Assembly (NCBI GenBank): GCA_963977445.1
Contig: CAXBPH010000001.1
Location: 16,709-80,708, forward strand
Reading direction: 5' to 3'
DNA: 64,000 nt
Source of the DNA: an uncultured bacterium
GTDB taxonomy: Bacteria > Hydrogenedentota > Hydrogenedentia > Hydrogenedentales > JAEUWI01
A program made the translations under genes and the position numbers. This document shows, piece after piece, positions 20,838 through 30,666 of the stretch (positions are counted from its first letter, which is position 1; every line of letters begins with the position of its first letter). The notes below the pieces were generated by a model, which saw nothing but the letters and a program-made list of their open reading frames with translations, was not told the origin of the DNA and made no database searches.

Positions 20838-23636
20838 ATGAATCTTCTCGGAAAATTCACCTTGGCCCTCCTCGCTTGCGGTCTGGCCCCGCTGCTGCTC
20901 GCCACGCTGTTTACCCACACCTTCACGAAGCGCGCCCTCGAAAACACCGGGCGTCAGGCGCAGGAAGCCCTCGAAACCAAGGCCAAGGATAATGTCACGT
21001 CGCTGGTCCGTGCGAAGAGTGAACATCTCGCCACCTTTGTTCGCGGCATTAACAATGAGACCCAAATCCTCAGCCGCACCGGTCGTCTCGGATTCCTCCT
21101 TGAGAGCAATACCTATTACACCTTCGGTAAAGACTCCGGGCTCGTGGAAGACCTTGAAGAAGGGCGGGCCCACTTAAAGGCACTCTACGACGAGAAACTG
21201 TTTTCACCAAATTTCCCCAGCACGGCCACGGTCAATACCTTGTATGCCCACATTGACAGCCTCGATGAAAACGCCATTGCCGCCCAGCTTCGCTATGTAT
21301 TCCCCCCCGAGCCCGGTGCCCCCCTGCGCCCCCCCCCGGGAAACGCCACCCCCTATGAAGACATCCACAGTCAGTTGGATATCTTCTGGCCTTCCGCCAT
21401 GGCCCACCTGGGCTACCGCGACGTGCTACTGGTCGATGGAGAGCGTGGGGATGTTGTCTATTCGGCCATAGGGGGTGTCGACTTTGGTGCCTCCTTTAAG
21501 GAAGGTCCCCTCGCCGACTCCATCGCCGCCAGGGCCTATCGGCGGGTATGGGAAAGCGGCAATGACCAACTCGTTTTCGAGGATGTCGCCCCCTATCTTC
21601 CCATGAAAAACGCGCCGGTTTTTGTCGTCGGCGCGCCCGTTCACATCCAGGGAAAACGCACCGGCGTTGCCCTGTTCATCCTGGGCCTCGATCGATTCGA
21701 TACCGTGCTGAATACGCGGGAACCCCTGGAGGGCGACAGCACCATGTACCTCGTGGGCCCGGACTATCGGCCCCGCTCCAGAATCGATTCGCTCATAAGC
21801 CACCCCGTAGATGCAGGCAAAGAAGTGGACCTCAGTCGACTCGACATCGAGCCCGCCCGCATCGTGTTTCATCTGGGCGAAATGGGGAGCGGTGTATACA
21901 CCGGCCCTTCCGGACAAGAGGCCCTCATCGCCTATGCCCCCATCGATGTGCTGGGCGTCACCTGGGCCCTCATCGCTCAGGTAGATACGGAAGTCGCCTT
22001 CAAGGCCGTCCGTGGCATGGAATCTTCTTCAAAATTTTTCATGAATCGCATCCTCTATATCGGCGACTTCATGGTCATCGCGGCCATTGTCATTTTGTGC
22101 TTTGTGGCAGACTATCTGGCCAAACCCATCGTTCGCCCCCTGCGCTCCACCGTCGCGATTCTAAAAAGAATGGTCCAGGGGGAAGACGCCCTCAATCAGC
22201 GGCTCGTCGTCCGCGGAAAAGACGAAGTCGCCGAGCTGGCCAGTGCGTTCAACCAGTTCATGAACAAGCTCCAACAACTCTACAGTTCCCTCGAAAATGA
22301 GATTAACAGCCGAAAAGCGGCCCAGGAAGAAGTGGAACGAAGCCAGCAGTATTACAAGGCACTAATTGAACATGCGCCCGACGTTATCGTCGTATTCGAT
22401 GATTCCAATCACCTGCTCTTTGTGAGTCCCTCCTTCGAACGAACCTTTGGATACACCACCAACGAAGCGCTGAACATTGACCTATCCCAATGGATACATC
22501 CCGACGACATGGAGGCCATCGCCAAAATCTCCCAGGAGGCACACGAAAACCCCGGTGCTCCCGTCCGTTCTGAATATCGCGTAAAACACAAAGATGGGCA
22601 TTGGGTTTACGTCGCCACCGTCGGCACCAACCACACGGAAGACACGTCGATTGCGGGTGTCGTGGTAAATATGCGCGATATCACCCGGCGCAAAGAGGCA
22701 GACCGTATCCTCCGCGAATATAGCGCCACCCTGGAGCGCGATGTGACGCAACGCACCATCGAATTGCAGCAAAACCGCGATGAACTCGCCCATACCCTGG
22801 AAGAACTGCGCAATGCCCAGGACCAATTGGTCCTCAACGAAAAAATGGCCTCGCTGGGGGCCCTTACCGCGGGCATCGCCCATGAAATTAAAAACCCCCT
22901 TAATTTCGTTACAAATTTTGCCGAGCTGACCGCCGAGCTTGCGGAAGAGCTCGCTACGGAAATGGAAGGCCCCTTGTCCCTGGTTGAGCCGGATGTTCGC
23001 GAAAACCTGCTCGACCTCCTGAAAGACATTCGTCTGAACAGCGAAAAAATAGAAGAACATGGAAAGCGGGCCGATAACATCGTAAAATCCATGCTGCTCC
23101 ATTCCCGGGGCAAAAAGGACGCACGACAACCCACCGACGTGAACGCCCTTCTGGAGGAATATGTGCAGCTTTCCTACCACGGCATGCGGGCGCTGGACAG
23201 CACCTTCAACATCGAACTCGACGTGAATCTGGCCCCTGAATTCCCCCTCCTCGATGTCGTCCCCCAGGATCTTGCCCGGGTGTTCCTGAACATCCTGAAC
23301 AACGGCTGCTATGCCGCAAACCAGCGCAAGAAAAAAGAGGACGGTGACTTTCAGCCCAAGCTGACCGTTTCCACAGAAATTGCGGGTGACCAGGCAATCA
23401 TCCGCATCAGAGATAACGGCGACGGCATGCCCCAGGAAACCCTTGAAAAAATATTCACGCCCTTCTTTACCACGAAACCGGCCGGAGCGGGCACGGGGCT
23501 GGGACTTTCCATCAGCTACGACATCGTGGTCCAGGAACATCACGGTGAACTCCACGTCGATTCGGAACCGGGGAGCCACACAGAGTTTCAGATTATGCTG
23601 CCCGTGCTGTCGACAAAGCAGGAGAAGAGTACATGA
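20838..23636 (+). CDS. sensor histidine kinase with large periplasmic (Cache-like) domain, HAMP, PAS, HisKA, HATPase_c
   Basis: N-terminal TM plus ~390-aa extracytoplasmic region. Second TM ILYIGDFMVIAAIVILCFVADYL. HAMP, coiled coil, PAS (YYKALIEHAPDVIVVFD). H-box MASLGALTAGIAHEIKNPLNFV. G-boxes IRDNGDGMPQETLEKIFTPFFTTK, GTGLGLSISYDIV. Confidence 0.8.
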   Translation: MNLLGKFTLALLACGLAPLLLATLFTHTFTKRALENTGRQAQEALETKAKDNVTSLVRAKSEHLATFVRGINNETQILSRTGRLGFLLESNTYYTFGKDSGLVEDLEEGRAHLKALYDEKLFSPNFPSTATVNTLYAHIDSLDENAIAAQLRYVFPPEPGAPLRPPPGNATPYEDIHSQLDIFWPSAMAHLGYRDVLLVDGERGDVVYSAIGGVDFGASFKEGPLADSIAARAYRRVWESGNDQLVFEDVAPYLPMKNAPVFVVGAPVHIQGKRTGVALFILGLDRFDTVLNTREPLEGDSTMYLVGPDYRPRSRIDSLISHPVDAGKEVDLSRLDIEPARIVFHLGEMGSGVYTGPSGQEALIAYAPIDVLGVTWALIAQVDTEVAFKAVRGMESSSKFFMNRILYIGDFMVIAAIVILCFVADYLAKPIVRPLRSTVAILKRMVQGEDALNQRLVVRGKDEVAELASAFNQFMNKLQQLYSSLENEINSRKAAQEEVERSQQYYKALIEHAPDVIVVFDDSNHLLFVSPSFERTFGYTTNEALNIDLSQWIHPDDMEAIAKISQEAHENPGAPVRSEYRVKHKDGHWVYVATVGTNHTEDTSIAGVVVNMRDITRRKEADRILREYSATLERDVTQRTIELQQNRDELAHTLEELRNAQDQLVLNEKMASLGALTAGIAHEIKNPLNFVTNFAELTAELAEELATEMEGPLSLVEPDVRENLLDLLKDIRLNSEKIEEHGKRADNIVKSMLLHSRGKKDARQPTDVNALLEEYVQLSYHGMRALDSTFNIELDVNLAPEFPLLDVVPQDLARVFLNILNNGCYAANQRKKKEDGDFQPKLTVSTEIAGDQAIIRIRDNGDGMPQETLEKIFTPFFTTKPAGAGTGLGLSISYDIVVQEHHGELHVDSEPGSHTEFQIMLPVLSTKQEKST

Positions 23637-24016
23637 TGCTAATCATGGTGGTAGACGACGAGACCGACATTCAACTCCTTTTTGAACAACAATTTCGTAA
23701 AGAGATCCGCAACGACGAGCTCAAATTTCATTTTGCCTTCAGCGGCGACGAGGCCCTGAAAACGCTCCAGGGTGAACTCGGAACCGACCTGGTATTAATC
23801 CTATCCGACGTGAATATGCCCGACATGAGTGGCCTCGACCTCCTTCGGTGTATCCGACAGGATCGCACCGACTTGCCGGTATTCATGATAACTGCGTATG
23901 ATGACGAAGGTACCTACCAGGAAGCGATGGAACGTGGTGCCAACGACTACATCGCAAAACCCATTGATTTTCACGCCCTGAAGCAGAAAATAATCGCCAT
24001 AAGGAATAGCGCGTGA
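23633..24016 (+). CDS. single-domain response regulator (CheY-like receiver)
   Basis: 127 aa, MVVDDETDIQLLF...LILSDVNMPDMSGLDLL... Overlaps the kinase stop by 4 nt (operonic). Confidence 0.8.
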   Translation: MMLIMVVDDETDIQLLFEQQFRKEIRNDELKFHFAFSGDEALKTLQGELGTDLVLILSDVNMPDMSGLDLLRCIRQDRTDLPVFMITAYDDEGTYQEAMERGANDYIAKPIDFHALKQKIIAIRNSA

Positions 24017-25203
24017 CCACCGCAACCCTTACACCCCTCCGCCTGCTGATTGTGGACGACGAGCCCGATCTGGAAACCCTCTTTCGTCAGAAATTTCGAA
24101 AGCAAATCAAACAGGGTGACTTCCACGTAAAATTCGCCTCCAACGGAAAAGAAGCCCTGGAGACAATCGACGCAAGCAACGAAATCGATATCATCCTCAC
24201 GGATATCAATATGCCGATCATGGACGGCCTCACCCTCCTCGCGCGACTTGCGGAACGGGACGAGCTCTTCAAGGCCGTCGTCATTTCCGCCTACGGCGAT
24301 ATGGACAACATTCGCACCGCCATGAATCGGGGGGCCTTCGACTTCATCACCAAGCCCATCGATTTCATCGATCTCGAAATCACGCTGGAGAAAACCGCAA
24401 CCGAAGTATTCAAGCTCAGGGCCGGCCAGGATGCGACCCGGCGGCTGGTTGAAGTGGACCATGAATTGGATGTGGCGGCACGCATCCAGGAATCTATCCT
24501 GCCCAAGACCTTCCCGCCCTTCCCCAATCGGTCCGAGTTGGAAATCTTTGCGGCCATGACCCCGGCAAAACAGGTTGGGGGTGATTTCTATGATTTTTTC
24601 TTCATCGACGACCACCACCTCGCCTTCGTAATCGGCGACGTCTCTGGGAAGGGCGTCCCCGCTGCCCTCTTCATGGCCGTCTGTCGCACCCTGATCAAAG
24701 CGACGGCGCTACACGAACACGCCCCGGACGAATGCCTGAATCACGTAAATCGCCTGCTCTATGCCGACAACGCTTCTGATTTGTTCGTCACCGTGTTCTA
24801 TGCCGTGCTCGATACGCGGACCGGCGAGGTTTCCTACAGCAATGCCGGCCACAACACCCCTTATTGGGTGCGCAACAATGGCACCGCACCGGAAGCGCTG
24901 CTGAATCAGGGGGGGCTCGTGCTCGGCGTCATGGAAAATGTCACCTACGTCCGAACTTCACTCCAGCTCGGCGTCGGTGAATGTTTATTCCTCTATACCG
25001 ACGGCGTCACCGAAGCCATGGATCAGGACAACGCCCTCTTCTGTGATGACCGCCTGATCGAACACCTCAATCAAGGCAGCGGAAGCTCACTGAAGGATAT
25101 GACCGCGTGTGTCGTAGAAGGACTGCACGCCTTCACAAGAAATCACCCCCAGCACGACGATATCACCATGCTGGCCGTTCGCTATAACGGCACGGAGACC
25201 TGA
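24013..25203 (+). CDS. response regulator fused to PP2C-type (SpoIIE/RsbU-like) serine phosphatase
   Basis: N-terminal REC (LLIVDDEPDLETLF...ILTDINMPIMDGL) plus C-terminal PP2C/SpoIIE domain (GGDFYDFFFIDDHHLAFVIGDVSGKGVPAALFMAV...LYTDGVTEA). 4-nt overlap with the upstream receiver. Confidence 0.8.
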   Translation: MTTATLTPLRLLIVDDEPDLETLFRQKFRKQIKQGDFHVKFASNGKEALETIDASNEIDIILTDINMPIMDGLTLLARLAERDELFKAVVISAYGDMDNIRTAMNRGAFDFITKPIDFIDLEITLEKTATEVFKLRAGQDATRRLVEVDHELDVAARIQESILPKTFPPFPNRSELEIFAAMTPAKQVGGDFYDFFFIDDHHLAFVIGDVSGKGVPAALFMAVCRTLIKATALHEHAPDECLNHVNRLLYADNASDLFVTVFYAVLDTRTGEVSYSNAGHNTPYWVRNNGTAPEALLNQGGLVLGVMENVTYVRTSLQLGVGECLFLYTDGVTEAMDQDNALFCDDRLIEHLNQGSGSSLKDMTACVVEGLHAFTRNHPQHDDITMLAVRYNGTET

Positions 25204-25217
25204 GTCCACAGCCCCGT

Positions 25218-26015
25218 TCAGGCGATAGCTTCCTGGGGAAAAGGCATTTGCCCAGGCGCCTTCGGGCGCATACCGCTCACAATGAGCCCGGGACGGCCAA
25301 CACTCTGGCCGCTCAACTGGACATTCTCGGGGTCGCGAAAACCACAACGTACCAGCCGGCGAACCTTGTCCGTCTGGTTTATGTAGCTGCCGTGGACCGT
25401 GAAGATGTTGAAGATCACAATATCCCCCCGTCGGGCAGGCACCGCCACCGTATCCTCAAGCCGATAGTCATCGGTCGAAAGATGGGGCGTGCAGGGGCCC
25501 TCGGGCGTTTCGGTGATATGGGGCAGGTAACCCGGCTTGTGGCTCCCCGCCAGAAATCGAATTTCGCCATTTTCGTGGCAGGTATCATCCAAATGAACCA
25601 ATACATCGATATAGCGGCCATCAGTATGTTCGTAAAAGGCGTTATCCTGGTGGAGAGGAAAGGGGTGGCCCGTTTCCGGGGGCTTCATGTGTAGTGTCGT
25701 GTGATGGAGCTCCACATTGGGGCCCAGTAAGTCGGACATGGCGCCCGTCAATCGGGGGCTCAACATGGCCCGGCTCCAGGCCTCGGAATAGAAGTGAAGG
25801 TCGTGCAGGTGCGTGAGCTTCGACTTTTCCGACGTAGCTGCGTCCATATAGGCATTCCGCCAGGGCCCCGTCCATCCCATGTCGGTCTGGGCCCAATCCG
25901 TCAACAGGGTTTCAAGCTGCCCGTCCATGGCACCGATCTCCTCGGCGGAGAACACCTGTGGGATATGAAGATACCCTTGTTCCTGGTAAAATTTGCACTG
26001 TGCTTCGGTCAACAT
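25218..26015 (-). CDS. phytanoyl-CoA dioxygenase (PhyH) family Fe(II)/2OG oxygenase
   Basis: MLTEAQCKFYQEQGYLHIPQVFSAEEI N-terminus and H..D...H triad context (HQDNAFYEH...TVHGS). The supplied ORF extends to 26099; an internal ATG at 26015 matches the family N-terminus. Confidence 0.65.
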   Translation of the reverse strand: MLTEAQCKFYQEQGYLHIPQVFSAEEIGAMDGQLETLLTDWAQTDMGWTGPWRNAYMDAATSEKSKLTHLHDLHFYSEAWSRAMLSPRLTGAMSDLLGPNVELHHTTLHMKPPETGHPFPLHQDNAFYEHTDGRYIDVLVHLDDTCHENGEIRFLAGSHKPGYLPHITETPEGPCTPHLSTDDYRLEDTVAVPARRGDIVIFNIFTVHGSYINQTDKVRRLVRCGFRDPENVQLSGQSVGRPGLIVSGMRPKAPGQMPFPQEAIA

Positions 26016-26187
26016 GGGCTCGTGTACTCCTGAATTCTTCCGACGATAGGGACTACAGATGTTTTTCGTTGGCCGGGCGCTACCACGGCAGCGGGGCAAA
26101 TATGCTATAGTATCGTTTCGCTCGTTCCGACTTAAAGAATACTATCACCATCAATCGGCAACTACAACGCCCGAAAAGGAACCTCTC

Positions 26188-26640
26188 ATGGCGGAATCCG
26201 TCCCACAGAATTACGACAACCATACCGTAATCCCGAAATCATTCCTGATAGTCGTCGTGCTTTTTCTGGCCGCTGCCATTCTGGCAACAGTTGGTCTGGT
26301 AAAAACGGGCACGGTTACAGGCACCTGCTGCATCGGGTCTGCGGTATTGATTCACGCACTTTCGGCCATCTTTGGCCTTTTTATCCTGCGAGGTTATGCC
26401 GTCAAACTCCAGGATCGCATCATCCGTACGGAAATGCGTCTCCGCCTGACGGCCATCCTTCCCGATGAACTGGCCCTGGCCGCCCAAAACCTCACTGTAA
26501 AGCAACTGATAGGCCTCCGTTTTGCCTCCGATGAAGAATTGCCCGATCTAACCCGGCAGGTTCTCGACGAGAAAATCGAAAAAGCGGATGCCATCAAAAA
26601 ACTTGTCAAAGACTGGCAAGCCGACAACGATCGCGTTTAA
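26188..26640 (+). CDS. hypothetical membrane protein (first gene of the glycan-export operon)
   Basis: MAESVPQNYDNHTV... preceded by aagga. Two TM helices, then an amphipathic C-terminal region. No family recognised. The ORF could extend to 26059. Confidence 0.4.
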   Translation: MAESVPQNYDNHTVIPKSFLIVVVLFLAAAILATVGLVKTGTVTGTCCIGSAVLIHALSAIFGLFILRGYAVKLQDRIIRTEMRLRLTAILPDELALAAQNLTVKQLIGLRFASDEELPDLTRQVLDEKIEKADAIKKLVKDWQADNDRV

Positions 26641-26654
26641 GAGAACTCCCTACC

Positions 26655-27674
26655 ATGCCCAATCAACCTGCCCGACGTAAACCAAAGCAATTTACCGGCG
26701 TTCCGGCCCACAAGCGTGATCTCGCGCTGGCAATAAAGTGGCACAACCTCATCGAATTTCAGGATGAGCGCGGCAAGCCCTTTCGACGCTTCTACAAATT
26801 GGAAACCCTGACCAGCGCCATCGAAAAGATGGTCAAGGAACAGGACCGCTTCCTCACGCCTGTACTCCAGCAGACCCTCGGTACCGGTAAACTGACCAGT
26901 ATGAATATCGAACTGGTCGGAGAAGACGCCCTTCGCTTCATCTTCCACGCACGCGCCTCCAACGCGCTGAAGAAGCGCGTAACTTTGCGCCTGGTCGTCG
27001 CCAAGAATGAAGAAGAAGCCACCCGGCGGGTTGCCACCGAGTTTAAACACCTCTCTGCACTGGCCGAGCGAATTCCCGAGCACATGACCGTGCCCTTGCG
27101 TTCGGGAGGGATTTTCATGCCCGACCGCTATCGCCGTAAAGAACACCATCGGGATATCCAGGCGTATATCACCACGGCCCCCAATGGCTATGAGCCCCTG
27201 GGCGTTCATCGCAACGAGCAGTTCATGTCCCTCGGCGCCGCCCCCCACACGTTTACCAAAAAAGAGACCGAAGCCCTTAAACAGGCTATGGTCACCGTCA
27301 TCGCCAGTGCTTTCAACCCCATCACCCGTGATGGATTGGACACGCACCAGATTGATGACACCACCTTTCAGGTATTCCGCCCCAGCCGGGGCCTTCCCAA
27401 GCTGAAGGTATTCAACTGCGTCCATATGCAGCCCCGTCTGACCCCGCCCCGTCTGCTGGGCTTTCTCCTGACCGATTGCTGGGAAAACCGGGGTGTACAG
27501 TGCCCCCTGGCTCCCGAAGATCCCAACGTGTTTTTTAAGGGTCTTGTCGACGCCGTGGGAAAAGATACCGCGAAGCAATGGGTCGCTCAGTTTGCGCCCC
27601 TGGCCGCCGCCGATAAGATTAAGGCACCCAAGGATGGCTACGTCGAGGAACTCGCGGAAGTCGCTGCCGGGTAA
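26655..27674 (+). CDS. hypothetical protein (339 aa, unknown family)
   Basis: Same-strand ORF 14 nt after the previous gene and 42 nt before Wzm. Balanced amino-acid composition, versus the Gly-rich antisense ORF 26637..27713. No recognisable motif. Confidence 0.4.
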   Translation: MPNQPARRKPKQFTGVPAHKRDLALAIKWHNLIEFQDERGKPFRRFYKLETLTSAIEKMVKEQDRFLTPVLQQTLGTGKLTSMNIELVGEDALRFIFHARASNALKKRVTLRLVVAKNEEEATRRVATEFKHLSALAERIPEHMTVPLRSGGIFMPDRYRRKEHHRDIQAYITTAPNGYEPLGVHRNEQFMSLGAAPHTFTKKETEALKQAMVTVIASAFNPITRDGLDTHQIDDTTFQVFRPSRGLPKLKVFNCVHMQPRLTPPRLLGFLLTDCWENRGVQCPLAPEDPNVFFKGLVDAVGKDTAKQWVAQFAPLAAADKIKAPKDGYVEELAEVAAG

Positions 27675-27716
27675 GGTTGCGTTGAAGCCCGTCCGCACGG
27701 GTGCTACCATCACGCC

Positions 27717-28583
27717 ATGGCAACTCTACGACATGCAGGTTGGGCCCACATGCCCCCCCTTCGGCTACTGGGTGATCTCATCGCATCCCGGGAACTGCTT
27801 CTCGATCTGGTGCGGAAAGATCTCCGGGTGCGCTATCGCTATGCCGCCCTCGGATTTCTCTGGGCCGTGCTGGAACCGCTCGCCTATATGGTGGTGCTCA
27901 CCTTCATTTTTGAGCGCATTCTCGCCCCGAAAACCGGGGCGACCATGTTTGGACCCGACATACCCTTTGCGGCGGGTCTTTTGTGCGGCCTGGTCTTCTG
28001 GCAGTTCACGACCCAGGCCATCAGTGCCGCCACGGCGTCCCTGCTGGACAATCAGCACCTCATAAAAAAGGTCGCTTTCACCCGGGAGGTCGTCCCGCTG
28101 GCAGCCATGGGCTATCCGCTCATTTCGCTATTCGTGGGCGTGACCGTGCTCATTCTGGTCCATCTCGTCCTCGGCGGGAGCCTGGGTCTGGCGGTGCTTT
28201 GGATGCTCCCCCTCTTTCTCCTGCAACTCGCCTTCACCGTAGGGGTAGGCCTCTTCACGGCCGCCCTCAATGTCCGCTTTCGCGATATAGGCTATATGGT
28301 CAGTGTGGCCCTCGTCCTCGGATTCTATGGGACCCCCGTATTTTATGATCTCGACTGGGTGCTCTCGGCGGCACAGAATGGCCATGTTCCCCACCTCGTC
28401 GTGCAGGCCTATCTGGCGAACCCCATGGCGGAGCTGTTGGAAGCCTATCGGCAGGCACTCCTCGAAGGTCGCCGTCCCGATGGATGGCTCTTTCTCTGGC
28501 CCATGATCGTGGCCACCATCGCACTACTGGTCGGTGTAATCACCTTCCGGCGCAGCGCCCCCACCCTGTCGGACTACCTCTGA
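27717..28583 (+). CDS. ABC-2 type polysaccharide/O-antigen export permease (Wzm/KpsM/TagG family)
   Basis: LRVRYRYAALGFLWAVLEPLAYMVVL signature of ABC-2 exporters. 6 TM helices. Confidence 0.8.
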   Translation: MATLRHAGWAHMPPLRLLGDLIASRELLLDLVRKDLRVRYRYAALGFLWAVLEPLAYMVVLTFIFERILAPKTGATMFGPDIPFAAGLLCGLVFWQFTTQAISAATASLLDNQHLIKKVAFTREVVPLAAMGYPLISLFVGVTVLILVHLVLGGSLGLAVLWMLPLFLLQLAFTVGVGLFTAALNVRFRDIGYMVSVALVLGFYGTPVFYDLDWVLSAAQNGHVPHLVVQAYLANPMAELLEAYRQALLEGRRPDGWLFLWPMIVATIALLVGVITFRRSAPTLSDYL

Positions 28584-30661
28584 TGGTGGTCATTGAAGCC
28601 AGCGATATCACCAAGACCTATCCCACCCAGGGTGGCAAGCGGGCCTTACTGGGCCGAGGCGGCATTGGAACGTTCTTTGCAACGAAAAAGGCGTCGGACG
28701 CGGCCCTCGCCCCCCTTTCCCTGACCGTCCATGCCGGGGAGGCCCTGGGTATAATCGGGCGCAACGGCTCCGGCAAAAGCACTTTACTCAAAATAATCGC
28801 CGGCGTCACCGCACCCACCAGCGGAACCCTCAACGTCAATGGACGGGTCGCCAGCCTCCTCGAATTGGGCGCGGGCTTCCACCCCATGTTGACGGGTCGG
28901 GAAAATGTCTATCTCAACGCAGGCCTACTCGGGATGCGCCATGCCCAGGTCGACGCCTGCTTTGATGACATCGTTGAATTTGCCGAGCTCGCCGAGGCCA
29001 TCGATCACACCGTGGACACCTACAGCAGCGGCATGTTTGTCCGCCTCGCTTTTTCCGTGGCCATCCATACCAATCCCGACGTCTTCCTCGTCGACGAAGT
29101 ACTGGCCGTGGGCGATGAGTCCTTCCAGCGAAAGTGCCGGGCCCGCATTCTGGCCCTGAAGGCCGCAGGCAAGACCATCCTCTTCGTTTCGCACGATCTG
29201 GGAAGCATTCAGGCCCTGTGTGATCGGGTGTTGCTGCTGGATCGGGGAACGGCCCTCTCCCGGGGCAACGCCCAGGACACCATCGATTTTTATCTCCGCC
29301 AGATTGGTGAAACGAAAGGTATCGGCCATCTGGTCCATAACGATACCGAGGCCATTTTCAATCATGGGCGTATCGCCCTTTTCCACCGTCAGCGAGAACT
29401 AACGGCCCCCCTGGGCATTAAAGTTCAGTTTTACAGCATGGGCACCTATCACGAGTCCACCGATGCCCTGTGGCATGTCTCAGAGACAGCCCCAACGACC
29501 CTCACAGGTTCCGGCACCTTCCCGCGACTCCCCGTTACGCTGCACATGACCTGCACGCTGGACGACACCGGTCTGGTCGTGACGGTTTCGTGGGAAAACA
29601 CCCAGGCCCTCAACCTGAGCTATGTGGCCCTCCAGGTGTTTGCGGTAAGCTCCTATGCGCAGTGGCATGCCGGAAGCCGAAGCGGTGCGTTCCCACCAAT
29701 CGGCCCGGAGAATCACCAATGGAGCACGGTTCTGACCCTTCCACCTTCGGAAGGCACCTGTGAACTGGCGGGAGATGGGGATTCCGACCTCCCCCCACTC
29801 TGTTTCTCCCTGGAGGGGGACACGTCGGGTGCCCGATTCCAACTGGACAACTCGGATTACATGGGGCAGGCCCGCATTATCCACCTGACCGAAGCCATAC
29901 CCACGGGTGCCAACCCCCTGCCACCAGAGAAACGGCACCTCGGGACCCTGACCATGGACCCCACCCAAGACCCCCAGGGACTGGAAAAACTTCGGACCCA
30001 GCGGCGCGACGCGCAACGGCTGGATCTCGCCAGCATCAGCGCAATACTCCATGATGGACAGGTACAGCTCCTTGGCGATGGCATCCCCTTGACCGACGGG
30101 CTCCATTGTCATCTTCAGCTTCGCACAGGCGATCTCTGGGTGCTGGGCCACGACTTCTCCTGGGCAGTGACAGCAAAACAAGACGACACCCTCACGGCCA
30201 CCGGACGGGTCCAGCGTATCCCCTGCGCCATCGCATGGACCGTAAGCGCCATCGCAGCAGACACGCTGGAGTTACAACTCGAATTAACGGCGGACCAGGA
30301 ATTGGAACTGACCGAATACAACCTGTCTCTCTGTCTGGCGACTGCCTATGACGAATGGGCCACCCCATCGGAATCGGGCCACTTCGGAAACGCGACAAAA
30401 ACAGGTCGTGGCTGGACTCATCTCAATAGCGCCTACACCGAGGGCACGTCCATTGTGGCCCAGGGAAAGGACGTACCCACACTAACCCTGACGGCCTCCG
30501 AGCATCTCGGAAACGCCTACCCCACGGCCATACGCACCGACACGGATCAGGATCTACGGGTACTCCAACTCCTGTGCAACCCGGGACAACAGCGGGCCTT
30601 CGCACTTGGGACAGGAGCCCATACGTTATTTCGCGCCACATTGCACGTTGGAAGCCAATAG
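28583..30661 (+). CDS. ABC transporter ATP-binding protein (Wzt/TagH-like) with ~440-aa C-terminal extension
   Basis: ATGA start/stop overlap with Wzm (ATG at 28583). Walker A GRNGSGKST, signature YSSGMFVRLAFS, Walker B VFLVDEVLAVGDE. The long C-terminal domain is unlike the ~150-aa Wzt carbohydrate-binding domain. The supplied ORF starts at 28484. Confidence 0.8.
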   Translation: MVVIEASDITKTYPTQGGKRALLGRGGIGTFFATKKASDAALAPLSLTVHAGEALGIIGRNGSGKSTLLKIIAGVTAPTSGTLNVNGRVASLLELGAGFHPMLTGRENVYLNAGLLGMRHAQVDACFDDIVEFAELAEAIDHTVDTYSSGMFVRLAFSVAIHTNPDVFLVDEVLAVGDESFQRKCRARILALKAAGKTILFVSHDLGSIQALCDRVLLLDRGTALSRGNAQDTIDFYLRQIGETKGIGHLVHNDTEAIFNHGRIALFHRQRELTAPLGIKVQFYSMGTYHESTDALWHVSETAPTTLTGSGTFPRLPVTLHMTCTLDDTGLVVTVSWENTQALNLSYVALQVFAVSSYAQWHAGSRSGAFPPIGPENHQWSTVLTLPPSEGTCELAGDGDSDLPPLCFSLEGDTSGARFQLDNSDYMGQARIIHLTEAIPTGANPLPPEKRHLGTLTMDPTQDPQGLEKLRTQRRDAQRLDLASISAILHDGQVQLLGDGIPLTDGLHCHLQLRTGDLWVLGHDFSWAVTAKQDDTLTATGRVQRIPCAIAWTVSAIAADTLELQLELTADQELELTEYNLSLCLATAYDEWATPSESGHFGNATKTGRGWTHLNSAYTEGTSIVAQGKDVPTLTLTASEHLGNAYPTAIRTDTDQDLRVLQLLCNPGQQRAFALGTGAHTLFRATLHVGSQ

Positions 30662-30666
30662 TTCCT

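Noticed and set aside
19667-20947. Full 426-aa version of the lipid kinase ORF (also N-terminally extended versions of PhyH 26099, Wzt 28484, GT2 30574, Trm112 36310, hyp 35366, BioB 17983)
   Set aside because: In each case the extension is Arg/Ser-rich with no homology and overlaps the neighbouring gene or its promoter. The internal ATG reproduces the conserved family N-terminus, and in several cases creates an ATGA coupling or sits behind an SD.
22482-23579. 365-aa minus-strand ORF inside the sensor kinase gene
   Set aside because: Antisense to clear HisKA/HATPase_c motifs on the plus strand, with no motifs of its own.
26637-27713. 358-aa minus-strand ORF antisense to 26655..27674
   Set aside because: Gly-rich composition (GGGQG, GGGAEG) characteristic of antisense reading of GC-rich genes. 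The plus-strand ORF fits the tight same-strand operon spacing with its neighbours.
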